From positions 288,001-352,000 of the forward strand of contig CAVYBH010000012.1 in NCBI GenBank assembly GCA_963766715.1: a stretch of 64,000 nt of DNA, written 5' to 3'. Origin of the DNA: an uncultured delta proteobacterium (GTDB lineage: Bacteria > Myxococcota > Myxococcia > Myxococcales > Anaeromyxobacteraceae). Both the position numbers and the translations under genes were made by a program. The notes under the pieces are model-generated. The model saw only the letters and a program-made list of their open reading frames with translations, searched no databases and was not told the DNA's origin. The stretch's first letter is position 1. Each line of letters opens with the position of its first letter. Shown here in pieces: positions 1 to 9,106 of this stretch.

Positions 1-600
1 CTGCTGCGCACACAGTCGGAAGGCGAGGCCGTCGACCTTGTCGAACAGCTCACGGCGTGGCGGCACCCTCGAGTCGTTGCACTCTCGGTAGATGGAGACG
101 AGGTCGCTGCCGGGCGGACGGGACCACGCTTTGCGGAAGCATTCAGGAGGGCCGGCGCCGGGGGCCTCCGGCGCACCGTGCACGCGGGAGAGTCCAGCGG
201 TCCGGAGGGAGTCCGGGACGCCGTGGAGCTGCTGGGCGCGGACCGGATCGATCACGGCGTGCGCGCCATCGAGGACCAGGTCACGGTCGGGCTCCTCGTG
301 GACAGGAGGATTCCGCTCGGCGTCTGCCCCAGCTCGAACCTGGCCTTGAAGGTCTACGCCTCGATGGACGAGCATCCGGTGGAAGCACTCCGGCGAGCCG
401 GGGTGCTCGTGTCGCTCAATACCGATGATCCCAGCCTTCTCGGGACGACGTTGCCGCGCGAGTACTCGCTGTGCAGGGGCCACTTCGGATGGACCGATGG
501 CGTCGTCCGGGATATCGCCGAGACGTCCATCACGGCCAGCTTCGCGAACGCGGACGTGAAGGCCCGGCTGCTAGACGACTTGCGCCGGTGGTCCGTCTAG
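1..600 (+). CDS. add: Adenosine/adenine deaminase family protein (5' truncated by window edge)
   Basis: Frame 1 is open from base 1; motifs TVHAGE, RIDHGVRA, CPSSN, SLNTDDP. Confidence 0.9.
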   Translation: MLRTQSEGEAVDLVEQLTAWRHPRVVALSVDGDEVAAGRTGPRFAEAFRRAGAGGLRRTVHAGESSGPEGVRDAVELLGADRIDHGVRAIEDQVTVGLLVDRRIPLGVCPSSNLALKVYASMDEHPVEALRRAGVLVSLNTDDPSLLGTTLPREYSLCRGHFGWTDGVVRDIAETSITASFANADVKARLLDDLRRWSV

Positions 601-655
601 CGCATGCCCCCTGGGGTGGCGTGGGTGGCTTGCGCGGAGGTTGGAGGAGAGGATC

Positions 656-1336
656 ATGGACGTCCAACATCCCCCGGTGGTGAGTGATCTGCTTCGAACG
701 CGGTTGGCGAGCTGGATTCTTCTCTTCGCGTTCGGAATCGAGGCGTTCCTCATCTCTCCCTGCATCGGAATGGGGTTGGTGCCGCTCTGGGTCGGCGCAC
801 TCAGCGCATCCGTGACGCTGGTCGCGGCGGCCGTCGTGCTGCGGGCACACCAGAGAGTCAGGGGTCTCGTCCTCGCCGTCTTCCTCTTCGCCCTGGCCAT
901 CCACTGGGGGCATCTCCTGGTGCCATCCCAGAGGACGGAGTTCCTGCTGGCGGCGGCCACGGCGATCACCTTTGGATTCTTCGCCGCGCTCTTCCTCGTC
1001 GAGGTATTCACCGCGGGGAGGGTGCCGAGCCGGCTGCTCGCCGTGCTCTCCGCGTACCTCTTCATGGGAGCATCCTTTGCTGGCGTCTATCACTGCGCCG
1101 AGCTCCTCCGGCCGGGCGCGTTCTCCATGCCTGCTGGCACGCATCCAGGATCGGCATTCCTCTACTTCAGCTTCACGAGCCTGACGTCCATCGGTTCGGA
1201 CGAAATCGTGCCCGTGAACCCCCTGGTGCGGAGCCTGACCGTGCTCGAATCCCTGACGGGCCAGCTCTACCTGGTCCTCGTGGTGTCCCGCTTCGTGGCG
1301 GATCGCCACGGCAAGGGCATGGGCAGTACCACCTGA
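656..1336 (+). CDS. Potassium channel family (ion transport 2) membrane protein
   Basis: Multiple TM helices; pore-like LYFSFTSLTSIGSDEIVP followed by ESLTGQLYLVLVVSRFV; RBS GGAGGAG. Confidence 0.8.
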   Translation: MDVQHPPVVSDLLRTRLASWILLFAFGIEAFLISPCIGMGLVPLWVGALSASVTLVAAAVVLRAHQRVRGLVLAVFLFALAIHWGHLLVPSQRTEFLLAAATAITFGFFAALFLVEVFTAGRVPSRLLAVLSAYLFMGASFAGVYHCAELLRPGAFSMPAGTHPGSAFLYFSFTSLTSIGSDEIVPVNPLVRSLTVLESLTGQLYLVLVVSRFVADRHGKGMGSTT

Positions 1337-1416
1337 GCGGAGCCTTGCATGAACGATCTGTCCGATGGCTCCTGCGTCTGGGAGAATGACGCCTCGAAAC
1401 CTCAGGGGACGCCAGC

Positions 1417-3048
1417 ATGACCTACCGCCACTCCGTCGCCCTGCTCGGCGTCACGTTCCTTTGCGCGTTCGCCCCGGGCGCCGCCGCGCAGGACAAGGGA
1501 GCCGCTGGGAAGCAGACCACCGCGACCGGCGCCAGTCTGGTGGTATTCAACCGCCCCATCGTCACGTTCCGGGTTCCGCTTCTCGACGTCGCACCCGCCG
1601 ACCGTGCGTCGCGTGCCGCCGACCGCATCGCGGACCTCCTCCAGCGACCTGGCAAGCAAGAGGTGACCGTCAAGACGAGCCCGCTGGGTCACATCGTGAT
1701 GATCGACGGGTCGATGGCGTTCATGGTCGGCACCGGGGACGCCGATCCCATGAAGGAGGAGACGCCCGAAGCGGTTGCGGAGCGGTCCTCCCGAGCCCTC
1801 GCGCTCGTCGTGACGGAGACGCGGGAGAGCCGGGATACGAAGGCGCTCCTCTGGGCCGCCCTGCTGGCACTGCTGGCTACCGCCGCATTTGTCGCGTCCG
1901 TGTGGCTCCTGGCCCGCCTCCGTCGCTCGGTGCACCGGCGACTGGAGACCCTGATCACCTCCCAGGCGAGGAGGGTCCGCGTAGGCGAGACCGAGCTCCT
2001 GGCCGGTGACCGCATCGCCCTGCTGGCCCGGCGAGGGGCGGACGCTCTGGTGGGGATCTTGGTCCTGGTGGTGGCCTACCACTGGCTCGGCTTCGTCCTG
2101 GAACGGTTCCCCTACACCCGCCCCTGGGGTGAGCAGCTCGTCGTGTTCCTTTGGGGAGCCTTCGGCACGGCCGGGCGAGCGATTGCTGGCGCGGTTCCGG
2201 GCCTCCTCTTCGCGGTGATCATCTTCCTCGGCGCTCGGGTCCTGGTGAACGTGCTGCGGACCATCTTCGACCGGGTGGAGCAAGGACACCTGACCCTCGG
2301 CTGGCTCGACGCGGACACCGCGCGCCCCACCCGCCGCATCACCAGCGCCATGATCTGGCTCTTCGCGCTCGCGCTCGCCTATCCGTATCTGCCGGGATCC
2401 GACACGGATGCGTTCAAGGGCATCTCCATCCTGGCGGGCCTGATGCTGTCGCTTGGCGCGTCGAGCGTCGTGGGCCAGGGAGCAAACGGGCTCATCCTCA
2501 TGTACTCCCGGGCATTCAAGCGTGGTGAATACGTGCGCATCGGGGACCGGGAAGGGACCGTCATCGAGGCCGGGCTCTTCGTGACGCGCATCCGGACCCC
2601 AGCTGGCAAGGAGCTCACGCTCTCCAACTCGTACGTGGTCGGTTCCGTCACGGAGAACTTCTCCCGCGGATTGCCAGGCCCGGGTGTCCTCGTCGAGACG
2701 GGGGTGACCATCGGCTACGACACACCGTGGAGACAGGTGGAGGCGATGCTGGTAGAGGCAGCCCGGCGCACGGAGCACGTTGCACGGGATCCACTCCCGT
2801 TCGTTGACAAGACCGAGCTGTCCGACTTCTACGTCGAGTACCGGCTGGTCGCGCGCGCCGTGCCAACCGACGAAGTTCCGCGACGCCGGATCCTGTCCAA
2901 TCTGCACGCCAACGTCCTCGACCTGTTCAACGACCACGGCGTGCAGATCATGTCCCCCCACTACGAAATGGACCCGCAGGAGCCCAAGGTGGTGGCCAAG
3001 AAGGACTGGTCCGTCGCCCCTGCACCGAAGCGCGAATCGGAGAACTGA
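1417..3048 (+). CDS. MscS-family mechanosensitive channel with periplasmic N-terminal domain
   Basis: Signal peptide, TM segments, SRAFKRGEYVRIG...TRIRT, TIGYDTPW, VQIMSPHYE. Confidence 0.9.
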   Translation: MTYRHSVALLGVTFLCAFAPGAAAQDKGAAGKQTTATGASLVVFNRPIVTFRVPLLDVAPADRASRAADRIADLLQRPGKQEVTVKTSPLGHIVMIDGSMAFMVGTGDADPMKEETPEAVAERSSRALALVVTETRESRDTKALLWAALLALLATAAFVASVWLLARLRRSVHRRLETLITSQARRVRVGETELLAGDRIALLARRGADALVGILVLVVAYHWLGFVLERFPYTRPWGEQLVVFLWGAFGTAGRAIAGAVPGLLFAVIIFLGARVLVNVLRTIFDRVEQGHLTLGWLDADTARPTRRITSAMIWLFALALAYPYLPGSDTDAFKGISILAGLMLSLGASSVVGQGANGLILMYSRAFKRGEYVRIGDREGTVIEAGLFVTRIRTPAGKELTLSNSYVVGSVTENFSRGLPGPGVLVETGVTIGYDTPWRQVEAMLVEAARRTEHVARDPLPFVDKTELSDFYVEYRLVARAVPTDEVPRRRILSNLHANVLDLFNDHGVQIMSPHYEMDPQEPKVVAKKDWSVAPAPKRESEN

Positions 3049-3069
3049 AGAGGAAGGGGCCCAACCACC

Positions 3070-3876
3070 TCAGAAATACTGGTACCAGACCGCCCCGATG
3101 ACCGGGGAATAGCTCCTGCTCGGTTGAAGGTACGTGAACACCGACGCGTTCACCTCGATGACCTGGCCCGTGCCGAACCAATGCACGCCCAGCTGAAGGC
3201 CGACCTGCATGCGGAACTGCGACCACATGTCCTGTGCCGTCGTCCAGATGAACTCGGCACTGAGGAACGGCGTGAGCGAAGAGCCTGCCTCGCGGCTGAG
3301 GGGGAACTCCCTCTCCAGCTGGGGGCGCAGGCGCAGGCGCCAGATGAACGACGTGGGCAGATCGAGTTGCCACCGCGCCTCGACCCTGTTCCGGAGGGTC
3401 ACGAGGATCTCGCCCGGGAGCGACTCGCGAACCGTCGCCTCCCCTTCGAGCTCGAGGACGTCTGACCAACCGGAGGTCCCGGGAGAAGTGGTCGGGTACC
3501 AGGAGGCACCGAAGCGCACGTCGAGCCGGCGCCGCTTGGCGACGTCCGGGGAGAGAAGCGGACCTGCGAATGGCGCCACCAGCCAGGCTGCGTACACCCC
3601 AGCTCCCATCTCGGCATAGGACTGGGAAGGGATGAACGTCGGATCGACTCTCAGGAGGAGCCGGAACGCTTCTCCCACGTGATGGTAGAGGTTCAGCTCC
3701 GGCTGGACCTGGAGGCCCTGCGAGGGTCCGAAGAACGTCGAGCCATCTGCCAGGGACGGGGCCGGGAGGACGAGAGCGGAGCCGAAGAAAAGCGCCGCAA
3801 TCGACCGTCGGAGGCCGTCGGGCCGCCGGCACCGCCCGCATGAAACGCGAGCGGTACCGGGATCGGTCTCCGCCAT
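3070..3876 (-). CDS. Putative outer-membrane beta-barrel protein (DUF2490-like)
   Basis: Signal-like segment, amphipathic beta strands (LRNRVEARW, RLRLRPQLE), C-terminal WYQYF. Confidence 0.6.
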   Translation of the reverse strand: MAETDPGTARVSCGRCRRPDGLRRSIAALFFGSALVLPAPSLADGSTFFGPSQGLQVQPELNLYHHVGEAFRLLLRVDPTFIPSQSYAEMGAGVYAAWLVAPFAGPLLSPDVAKRRRLDVRFGASWYPTTSPGTSGWSDVLELEGEATVRESLPGEILVTLRNRVEARWQLDLPTSFIWRLRLRPQLEREFPLSREAGSSLTPFLSAEFIWTTAQDMWSQFRMQVGLQLGVHWFGTGQVIEVNASVFTYLQPSRSYSPVIGAVWYQYF

Positions 3877-3878
3877 GA

Positions 3879-4529
3879 TCAGAAGTGGAACTCGGGGGAG
3901 GCGACGAGTTGCAGGCCGCCAATCCAGTAGCCCTGGTAGCCGCCGCCCTCGAGGACGAGGTCCAGGCCGATGCCGAGGCGGTTGGCATTGAAGAACGAGG
4001 CGCCGCCGCCGATGCGGAACGCGCCGCCGAGGTTCGAGTTGGGGCCGATGTACATGCCGGCGCCGACGCGGAAACGGCCGACCGTGTCCTGGGTGGGGGG
4101 CCCGAACTTGGCCACGTAGTCGAGCGTCGGCTCCCAGATGGTGGCGCTCCTCGACACGCTCTGGGCGAGGGTGCCCGAGTAGAGCGTGGCGGTGGCGGTG
4201 CCCATGAAGACGTTGAAGCCGGGGCTGATGTTGTTCATCCCGCCCAGGTTGAAGTCGACCTGTGCGCCGAGCGTGAAGGGGATGTAGCTCACGGCCGTTC
4301 CCGAGCCGCAGGAGTACCCCGGGTAGAACCCGCCGTAGTAGTAGCAGTTGAAGTAGCCGGAGTTGAAGAAGCTCACTCCCACGTTCACGCGGGCGACGTT
4401 GTTCCAGATCTGGAGCTGCTGCACCGGCTGCGGCGCCTGGCCGGGCTGGGAGAAGGTGTACTGCGCGGCGGCGGGCATGGAGAGGGCGAGCATCGACGAG
4501 AGAACTGCCGCCCGAATCGTGTGACGCAT
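3879..4529 (-). CDS. Putative small outer-membrane beta-barrel protein with Tyr/Gly/Cys loop
   Basis: Signal peptide ending PAAA-Q, alternating beta pattern, C-terminal EFHF, loop CYYYGGFYPGYSC. Confidence 0.65.
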   Translation of the reverse strand: MRHTIRAAVLSSMLALSMPAAAQYTFSQPGQAPQPVQQLQIWNNVARVNVGVSFFNSGYFNCYYYGGFYPGYSCGSGTAVSYIPFTLGAQVDFNLGGMNNISPGFNVFMGTATATLYSGTLAQSVSRSATIWEPTLDYVAKFGPPTQDTVGRFRVGAGMYIGPNSNLGGAFRIGGGASFFNANRLGIGLDLVLEGGGYQGYWIGGLQLVASPEFHF

Positions 4530-4628
4530 CCTGAGCCTCCTGGGGACGGGGCGTGATGCCCCGATCACGGCTCGCGATTGATACCCGATGGCGACTCGAG
4601 GACAAGCACCAATCGAAGAGGGCGTGAT

Positions 4629-5648
4629 CTACTGACCGTGCAGTCCGGAGCGGGTAGCAGGAAATGCATGGACGCGACGGGCGCTGGAGCGCTGGAGCGT
4701 CTGGCGTGGCTCCTCGCCGAACATCTGGCGGTATGCGCCCGCGAACCGGCCGAACTGGAAGAACCCCCACTTCGCCGCGACGGAGGACACGGTGGTTCCA
4801 GGGGGGCCACGAAGGAGGTCGTGCCTCGCGGCATCCAGCCGGAGGGCCGTCTGGTATGCCCGGGGTGTCGCGTTGAAGATGGTCTTGAAGCTCGCGTGGA
4901 GGGAGCGGGGAGATGCCTGCACCGCCTCGCACATATGTTCGAGGTGGGGGGCCTCCGCCAGGGTCTGCCGGATGAAAGCGTCGGCTCGCAGGGCGAGATC
5001 GCGCCACGGTCTCTCGTTGCCCGGGCCGTCCACCAGTTCCGAGGCGTTGAGAAGCGCGCCGAGCACGTCCTCCTCCATCTGCGTGGCGACGGCCGGATCG
5101 CGAAGGATGTCGGGGTGTCGCACCGAAATCGTGATCCAGCGGAACCAGGACCGGGCAACGTCCTGGGACGCTCCCGGGAGCTTCGCCCGGAGGATCGGAC
5201 CCGATCGATCGAGCGGCAACGAATGACCCCAGCAGGCCCTGGCCAAGCGATCGAGGAGGTCACTCCGCACGGATACGGCGAGGGCGCGGTGCGGCGCCGA
5301 TCCCATGACCTCGTAGTGCATGCCGCTCGGAACGTAGGCGAAGTGGTCGGGCGTCCACGGCTGCCCCTGAAGGTGAAGGAACGGGCCGGCGAGCGCGATA
5401 CCCAGAATGCTCGTTCCCTCGACGGGTGCTCCTTCGACACGGCACCCGGGCGTCCTCGAGATGTAGGCGAGTTGCATCCGTTTCGTGGTTGCGACTGCGG
5501 CGTGGACGTGGGCCCTTCCCCGTCCGATTTGGGTGTAGCGCTCGTCCCAGGCGGAACTCAGCTCTCGTTGCACGTCGAAGTCATCGAACATGAGACGAGC
5601 TGCGGAGGGTGTGAACACAGCCTGGACATCGGGAGCAGGGAAAGCCAT
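4629..5648 (-). CDS. AraC-family (EutR-like) transcriptional regulator
   Basis: C-terminal HTH: SPRSLHASFK...RLDAARHDLL...WGFFQFGRFAGAYRQMFGEEPRQTL; start codon uncertain. Confidence 0.9.
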   Translation of the reverse strand: MAFPAPDVQAVFTPSAARLMFDDFDVQRELSSAWDERYTQIGRGRAHVHAAVATTKRMQLAYISRTPGCRVEGAPVEGTSILGIALAGPFLHLQGQPWTPDHFAYVPSGMHYEVMGSAPHRALAVSVRSDLLDRLARACWGHSLPLDRSGPILRAKLPGASQDVARSWFRWITISVRHPDILRDPAVATQMEEDVLGALLNASELVDGPGNERPWRDLALRADAFIRQTLAEAPHLEHMCEAVQASPRSLHASFKTIFNATPRAYQTALRLDAARHDLLRGPPGTTVSSVAAKWGFFQFGRFAGAYRQMFGEEPRQTLQRSSARRVHAFPATRSGLHGQ

Positions 5649-5820
5649 GACGCCGAATATTAGATGAAAACACCCTAATTCGAGCGCACAGATGCTCCCC
5701 GAAAGGGTCAAAACATCGCTTATCCCCACGCTGGGGCATATCGCGAAGTGAATAGACCGAGCCGTTACCCCGGCCTACTCACTCCGGTGGGACACGCGAC
5801 ACCCACAGCCCGGAGCGGAG

Positions 5821-6513
5821 ATGGACATGAATTCACCGAGGATTATCGTCGTCGCAGCACTCGCCCTTCATGCCGCCGCGGCGTCGGCCCAGGCAAACGT
5901 CGGGGAGAATGCCGCCAAGACCGTCCAGATCGTCCAGTCGAGGGCGGCGAACGCCACCCTTCTCAAGCAGTACACGTGGAACGAGCGCATCGACTTCCTC
6001 GTGAACGGGCAGGAGAAGGACCTCCGCATCGATCTCGTGAACATCGGGCCCGACGGCAAGCTCCAGCGCACGACCCTGAACGACGAGAGCTCGCCGCTTC
6101 CGCGCGGCTTCTTCCGCAAGAGGATCGCGGAGGGCAAGAAGAAGGACCTTCAAGAGTACATCCAGGGACTGAGCGAACTCCTCCACAAGTACACGCTGCC
6201 CACCCCCGGCGCGGTCCTGGACTTCCTCGACGCTGCGACGACGGTGCCGTCTGGCCCCGGCCAGCTCATGGTCACGGGCCAGAACGTGGTTCAGCCAGGG
6301 GACTCGCTCACGATCTATCTCGACGCCGCCACGAAGAAGACGCAGCGCCTGGTCGTCAGCACCACGTTCCAGGGCAACCCGGTCAACCTCACGGCGACCT
6401 TCGCGACCTTGGCGAGCGGCCTCAACTACCCTGCCTACGCCGAGGTGGTGGTCCCGGCCAAGGGCTACGACGTCCGGGTCCAGAACTTCAACTACCAGCA
6501 GAACGGCATGTGA
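5821..6513 (+). CDS. Secreted hypothetical protein
   Basis: Signal peptide (AAASA-QA), GC3-biased coding, RBS GGAG; divergent from AraC gene. Confidence 0.7.
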   Translation: MDMNSPRIIVVAALALHAAAASAQANVGENAAKTVQIVQSRAANATLLKQYTWNERIDFLVNGQEKDLRIDLVNIGPDGKLQRTTLNDESSPLPRGFFRKRIAEGKKKDLQEYIQGLSELLHKYTLPTPGAVLDFLDAATTVPSGPGQLMVTGQNVVQPGDSLTIYLDAATKKTQRLVVSTTFQGNPVNLTATFATLASGLNYPAYAEVVVPAKGYDVRVQNFNYQQNGM

Positions 6514-6536
6514 AGCGTCCCCGGGGAGGAATTCCC

Positions 6537-9056
6537 ATGCGATGTGGCCGCTCGGTGCGGGCGGCAGCCCTTGCTGCCGTGCTCGTCCTCGGCGCACCGG
6601 TCCGGGCCCAGGCGCCTGGCGAGGCGCCGCCACCGGCCAGCGACGTGACGCCGGACCCGTGGCCGAAGTCGGCCACGCAGGGCGGGACGAGCTTCACGAT
6701 CTACCAGCCGCAGCTCGACAGCTGGGACGACTACACCTACAAGGCGCACGCCGCGGTGCGAGTCCTGCAGGCGGGCGCGAAGGACCCGGTGTTCGGGGTC
6801 ATCGAGATCACGGCCTATACCATCGTCGACCGGCCGAACCGCGTGGTCTACATCGAGGGAATCACGATCACGAAGGCCACCTTCCCGTCGGCGCCGGCGA
6901 ACGCCGGGTCGTGGCAGGCGAGCATCCAGTCCATCGCGTCGAACGGTCCGTCCACCATGTCCCTCGGCCGGCTCGAACAGGCTCTCGCCATCGAGGGCGC
7001 CGAGCGAAGGTCCCTGCGGGTCCCCGTCCAGAATGCGCCCCCCCGGATCGTGTTCACCCAGCGCACGGCGGCGCTCGTGCTCGTGGACGGCGAGCCCATC
7101 TGGTCGCCCGTGCAGGGGACGAAGCTGGAACGGGCCATGAACACGCGGGCGCTGCTCATGAGGGACCCGGCGGGGCGCCTTTACCTGCACTTGCTCGACG
7201 GGTTCGTGACGGCACCGGACCTCGCCGGTTCGTGGGTCGTCGCAACGAAGTTGCCGTCCGGCGCTGCCGAGGCGGCGAGGTCGCTCGGGAAGAAGGGGCT
7301 CGTCGATCTCATGGAGGGATCCCCCGACGAGCAGACGCACGCGAAGCCGACGCTGGCCGCGGGCATTCCGGTGGTGGTCGTCGCGACTTCCCCGGCCGAG
7401 GTGATCACCACGAATGGCCCCATGGATTGGATGCCCATCGAGGGGACCCAGCTCATCTACGTCCAGAACACCACGGGCAACGTCTTCATGGATCTCGTGG
7501 ATCAGCAGTACTACGTGCTCGTCACGGGGCGCTGGTTCCGATCGGCTTCCCTGGTCGGTCCTTGGACCCACGTGCCAGGCAAGGACCTGCCGCCGGACTT
7601 CGTCCGCATCCCCGACACGAGCCCCAAGGAGAACGTGAAGGCATCGGTTCCCGGGACCGCGCAGGCCCAGGAGGCGGCGATCGAGGCGGGGATTCCGCAC
7701 ATGGCCACGGTCTACGTCGCGAAGGTGTCCTTCAATCCCATCGTGAACGGGGCGCCCGAGCTGAAGCCCGTTCCGGACACCCCGCTCATGTACGTCTTCA
7801 ACACGCCGCAGCCCATCATCATGGTCTCGGCGAATCAGTGGTACGCGGTGCAGGCGGGCATCTGGTTCGCGGCGCCGAGCCTGCAAGGGCCCTGGACCGT
7901 GGCCACCTCGATCCCGGCGGTCATCTATTCGATCCCGCCCAGCTCGCCGCTCTTCTACGTCACCTTCGTCCAGATCTACGCGGTGTCCCCGGGCGTGGTC
8001 GTCGTCGGGTACACCCCGGGCTACACCGGTGTGGTCATCACGCCCGACGGGACCATCGTGTACGGAACCGGATACGTCTACCCGGCCTACGTCACGGCGA
8101 CGGTCTGGTATCCACCCCCAGTCACGTACGGTTACGCGGCCAACCCCACCTACACTCCCTGGACCGGGTTCGCGATGGGCTTCGCCATCGGCTGGTCGGC
8201 GGCGCACTGGTGCTACGCGCCGACGCCGTACTGGGGCGCCATGCCGTACTACTACCACCCGCCCGTCCCGTACGGCGGCGCCTACTACGGTACCGCGTAC
8301 CACGGCACGGCCTACGGTGCTTACGGGGGGGCCGCGACGTGGGGCCCTGGTGGGTGGGCGGCGACGAGCGGCAACATGTACAGCCACTACGGGTCCACCT
8401 CGACCGTGTCCCGCGACTCGGCAGGCTACAACGCGTACACGGGCACCGCGTGGTCGAGCAAGGTGGGGACCTCCTACAACTCGGCCACCGGGCGGATGTC
8501 GGCGGGTCAGTCGGCTTCGGCCTCCAATGCCTACACGGGGGGGTACGCCTACGGCAACCGGGGCGCCACCTACAACCCCAGCACGGGCGTGAGCGCCTCG
8601 GGCGGCAAGGCCACGGTGGGCAACGCGTACACCGGGCAGCAGGCCACCGTCGGACATGCCACGGTCACCGGGCCTGGCGGCCAGTCCACGCACGTGGCCG
8701 AGGTGAACGACAACTACTACGCGGACCACGACGGGAATACCTACAGCCACAACTCCTCGACCGGCCAGTCGCAGAAGTACGATTCCAGCACGAACTCCTG
8801 GAACTCGGCGTCGAAGCAGGAGAGCGCGAACGGCGCCAACGTGTCGCAGTCGCGCAGCTCCGGGGACGCGCGCTCCTCGTCTTCCTCCTGGGGAGGCGAC
8901 TGGGGCGGTAGCTCGAGCCACAGCGGAGGAGGAGGGTCGGGCGGTGGTGGCGGGGGCAGCCGGAGCTGGGGCGGCGGTGGTTGGGGTGGGGGTGGGGGAG
9001 GCGGCGGCGGCGGAGGAGGAAGCTGGGGCGGTTTCCACGGGGGAGGACGACGATGA
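6537..9056 (+). CDS. Large secreted protein with Tyr/Gly-rich repeats and Gly-rich tail (family often labelled carbohydrate-binding V/XII)
   Basis: Signal peptide; WPK...IYQPQLDSW N-terminus, YYVLVTGRWFRS...GPW, VVVGYTPGYTG, repeated YNAYTG motifs, poly-Gly C-terminus. Confidence 0.7.
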   Translation: MRCGRSVRAAALAAVLVLGAPVRAQAPGEAPPPASDVTPDPWPKSATQGGTSFTIYQPQLDSWDDYTYKAHAAVRVLQAGAKDPVFGVIEITAYTIVDRPNRVVYIEGITITKATFPSAPANAGSWQASIQSIASNGPSTMSLGRLEQALAIEGAERRSLRVPVQNAPPRIVFTQRTAALVLVDGEPIWSPVQGTKLERAMNTRALLMRDPAGRLYLHLLDGFVTAPDLAGSWVVATKLPSGAAEAARSLGKKGLVDLMEGSPDEQTHAKPTLAAGIPVVVVATSPAEVITTNGPMDWMPIEGTQLIYVQNTTGNVFMDLVDQQYYVLVTGRWFRSASLVGPWTHVPGKDLPPDFVRIPDTSPKENVKASVPGTAQAQEAAIEAGIPHMATVYVAKVSFNPIVNGAPELKPVPDTPLMYVFNTPQPIIMVSANQWYAVQAGIWFAAPSLQGPWTVATSIPAVIYSIPPSSPLFYVTFVQIYAVSPGVVVVGYTPGYTGVVITPDGTIVYGTGYVYPAYVTATVWYPPPVTYGYAANPTYTPWTGFAMGFAIGWSAAHWCYAPTPYWGAMPYYYHPPVPYGGAYYGTAYHGTAYGAYGGAATWGPGGWAATSGNMYSHYGSTSTVSRDSAGYNAYTGTAWSSKVGTSYNSATGRMSAGQSASASNAYTGGYAYGNRGATYNPSTGVSASGGKATVGNAYTGQQATVGHATVTGPGGQSTHVAEVNDNYYADHDGNTYSHNSSTGQSQKYDSSTNSWNSASKQESANGANVSQSRSSGDARSSSSSWGGDWGGSSSHSGGGGSGGGGGGSRSWGGGGWGGGGGGGGGGGGSWGGFHGGGRR
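8890..9050 (+). repeat. Low-complexity GGN codon run encoding Gly/Ser/Trp tail (SWGGGG repeats)
   Basis: Directly visible GGC/GGA/GGT runs with recurring AGCTGGGGCGG. Confidence 0.8.
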
Positions 9057-9106
9057 CTTGCCGCGCCGATCCCCGTTGGCGTCGAATGGATCCACGGAGG
9101 CTTGGC

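Noticed and set aside
5660..5720. AAAACA direct repeats as AraC binding sites
   Set aside because: Too short and degenerate to distinguish from chance in an AT-rich promoter region.
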